64,000 nucleotides of DNA, taken from positions 372,001-436,000 of the forward strand of contig JAYWIR010000050.1 of assembly GCA_036172245.1 (NCBI GenBank), in the 5' to 3' direction. The position numbers were made by a program, and so were the translations under genes. The stretch comes from Raillietiella orientalis (lineage: Eukaryota). Below are positions 61,801 to 64,000 of this stretch, piece by piece; within the stretch, counting starts at the first letter, position 1, and each line of letters begins with the position of its first letter. The notes below the pieces were generated by a model. The model worked only from the letters and a program-made list of their open reading frames with translations. It did not search any database and was not told where the DNA came from.

Positions 61801-64000
61801 GGGAGCTTTCTCCGTCGGCCTCTGCTGTCACGGTCCGCAGTGACCGTGATTTCGGAAGGGGGTGGGGGCGCTTGGTGCGCATTTAGTTGCTTCCAGGTAT
61901 CTTGCCGCTGCCTGGACTCCATGTGGATTTTCCTTCAGATGGTCGGAGAGAAGGCGGAGCTTGGTTCCGCCGTCCTCGCTCAGCATTTCCATGAACGGAG
62001 GCGCAAGTCACAGAGGCTGCCTCTAACAGAGCAGTTGAGGGAAGAAACAACGTGAGGTCCATGGCAGGGCACACTCAGGCAGAGCGGCGTACCGGGCGAC
62101 CAGCGAGGTCTCTTAGCTTTCCCTGGGCCCGCGTGGGCCGAGGCGATGCCACAACTGGGACCGGGATGGGCAACTGGAGAAGGCGCTCCTGTGTTCAGTG
62201 AGGGTTTCCCGGTCGACTGCAGGTGAAGTCTCAAGCAAGTCACGCGCCAAGTTCATCGGGTGCGAAAAGTCTGGAGGACACGCACTACTCTGTGACACTC
62301 CACAGGAGATCGGGGAAAGCCTGCAGACCACTGCCACGCGAGAAGAGGGGACTCGTCGCGGATCCCAAGGGCGAAGGTCGTCCAGGACTCCCAGAGTCCC
62401 AGTCCGGGCTGCCTCACGCGGCCATCTCGTTGCAACCTCGCTCGAGCGCGGGACGACACCGAAGAGTCGCTTCCCAGCTCTGGAGCGCACAGCGGAAGCT
62501 CCGGGAATGCCGGTGTTCCTGTCGGTAGGAGTATCTCAGGGCCCAGGGGGTCCTTCACGCCTCCCTCGAGACAGCTATGCAGTCAGAAGGGAGGCCGTCA
62601 TCACGCCAAAAGCGGCGCCGAGAAACCGCCGGCAGTGGTGCCAACTCATCACAAGTTCCCAGGCCCAGCCCAGGGGTGGGAACCTCTCTGCAGAGCGGTC
62701 GTCTTTCCCTCTATGCTTGAGAACGGCGCAGCCCCCAGACGAAGGATTCCCTTCTCCTGATCACAAGGGAGCGGTGGGCCCACTTTACCGCAATGTTACT
62801 GCAGCGCTTCTGTCGCGGGTGGCTTGGAGATGTCGGAGGGTGGTCAGCAAGTTGCGCGTCGCGCAGACGATGACACCCCTGTAGGAATGCGCCCAATCAT
62901 GGAGGATTCGCTGCTCTCGTTGGAAGAACGCGGACGCGAGAAGGTCGCGTTTCGCGCCCCTCCCCAAGGGAGACTTATTTGGGGTCGTGGGCGTGTGGGG
63001 TGGGGTGGGATGCGCTTCTAGTGCACGAAGCGGGTTCGCATTGGGGGAGGGGCTTGCGGGTAGGGACGGAGGCCATTCGCGGCCGCGAGCTGACCTCCTC
63101 GGATGCTCCGCGGTCGTCTCGCCGCCGCCAGCAGCAAACCGCTCACCTATGGCAGGAGGTTGCCCCAAGCCTCGGGGCCGGCTTACAAGGGCGGGTAGGC
63201 GCGGAACCCCAAGCTGGAAGCTGCGCGTGGAGTGGCGAGTGGCTGACTCTCCCGCCGCCAGGGATGCGACGTCCACGCAGCTGCGTGCGAGCCGGGGCGA
63301 AGGTGGGCACGCGGTTTCCAGGGCGACCCTTGGCTGGTGGGGTGGCACGCGAGCGCTGCGCCGCCACTCGTAAACCGCGACGTGAGGCCGCCATCTCCTG
63401 GCGGGAGAGCGACCTCTCGTCCGCTCCAGTCGATAGTCGGATCTCCTCCGAGACGGAGAGGAGGAGCCTCCAACAAGGGCTTCGAGGTCACCCGGGCGAA
63501 TGAGCGGGTCCGCAGGACGAATGTGCGGGCGAGGTCCACCGCGTTTCGTGGTCCTCCCTGCCTGCAGCAGTCAGTGGGGGGTCGAACGCTCGCCGAGCGT
63601 GGGAGCTCAGGAATATGGGTCGGGAAGCCCTCCGGAGGAGACCCGATCCCGGGAGCGCGAGCGCATCCGACCCGGGACGCTCGTGTGTCGCCAGCGGGCC
63701 GCTCCGACCACTCCGCGACGATCCAGCATGGATGCCGCGTCTTCGGAGGCCACCGCCCCTCCTTGCTCACCGCGCGAACACCGGAAACACCGCGGACATG
63801 GCGTGGGCAACCTCCTCCGCTGAAGGGGATGGAAGGGCCAGGGCACCGTCTGTCCCACGCCTTGGCGGGGGTTAGGACTGCTGCCTGGGACGAACGGCGC
63901 TCAGGGATTACCTCCGGGAAGACGGGGGGTCTTCTTCAGGAAGGGACTCTGTGGCTCATGTCACCGTGTGGTCGGCCGACCGCTGTGCAGGTAGGCTGAG

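Noticed and set aside
1..64000. Operon-like or prokaryotic defence system
   Set aside because: Spliceosomal introns, low coding density and animal gene families; nothing supports such a system

Overview
Eukaryotic (animal) genomic DNA, probably arthropod judging from the receptor sequence; not prokaryotic, so most six-frame ORFs are GC-driven noise. Three spliced protein-coding genes can be built by hand with consistent GT-AG sites and intron phases: (1) a 5-HT7-type serotonin GPCR (+, 28910-31291, 2 coding exons, 491 aa); (2) a two-pore-domain (K2P/TWK-type) potassium channel (+, 39038-46377, 5 exons, 439 aa); (3) a probable ICE1 / little elongation complex subunit 1 (-, 57900-50501, 10 coding exons, about 1413 aa). 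The window has sharp compositional domains: GC- and CpG-rich about 1-49.9 kb, AT-rich and CpG-depleted about 50-61.1 kb (covering ICE1), then GC-rich again. Non-coding DNA holds microsatellites, a 12/14-bp minisatellite, two diverged dispersed repeat pairs, three perfect long inverted repeats, RFX X-box-like motifs and decayed TE-like fragments. I found no convincing new biological system. The best leads are a 906-nt in-frame stop-free intron in the receptor's third intracellular loop, very short introns (37-66 nt) in ICE1, the methylation-like compositional switch and the perfect hairpins. All family assignments come from recalled motifs, not database searches.
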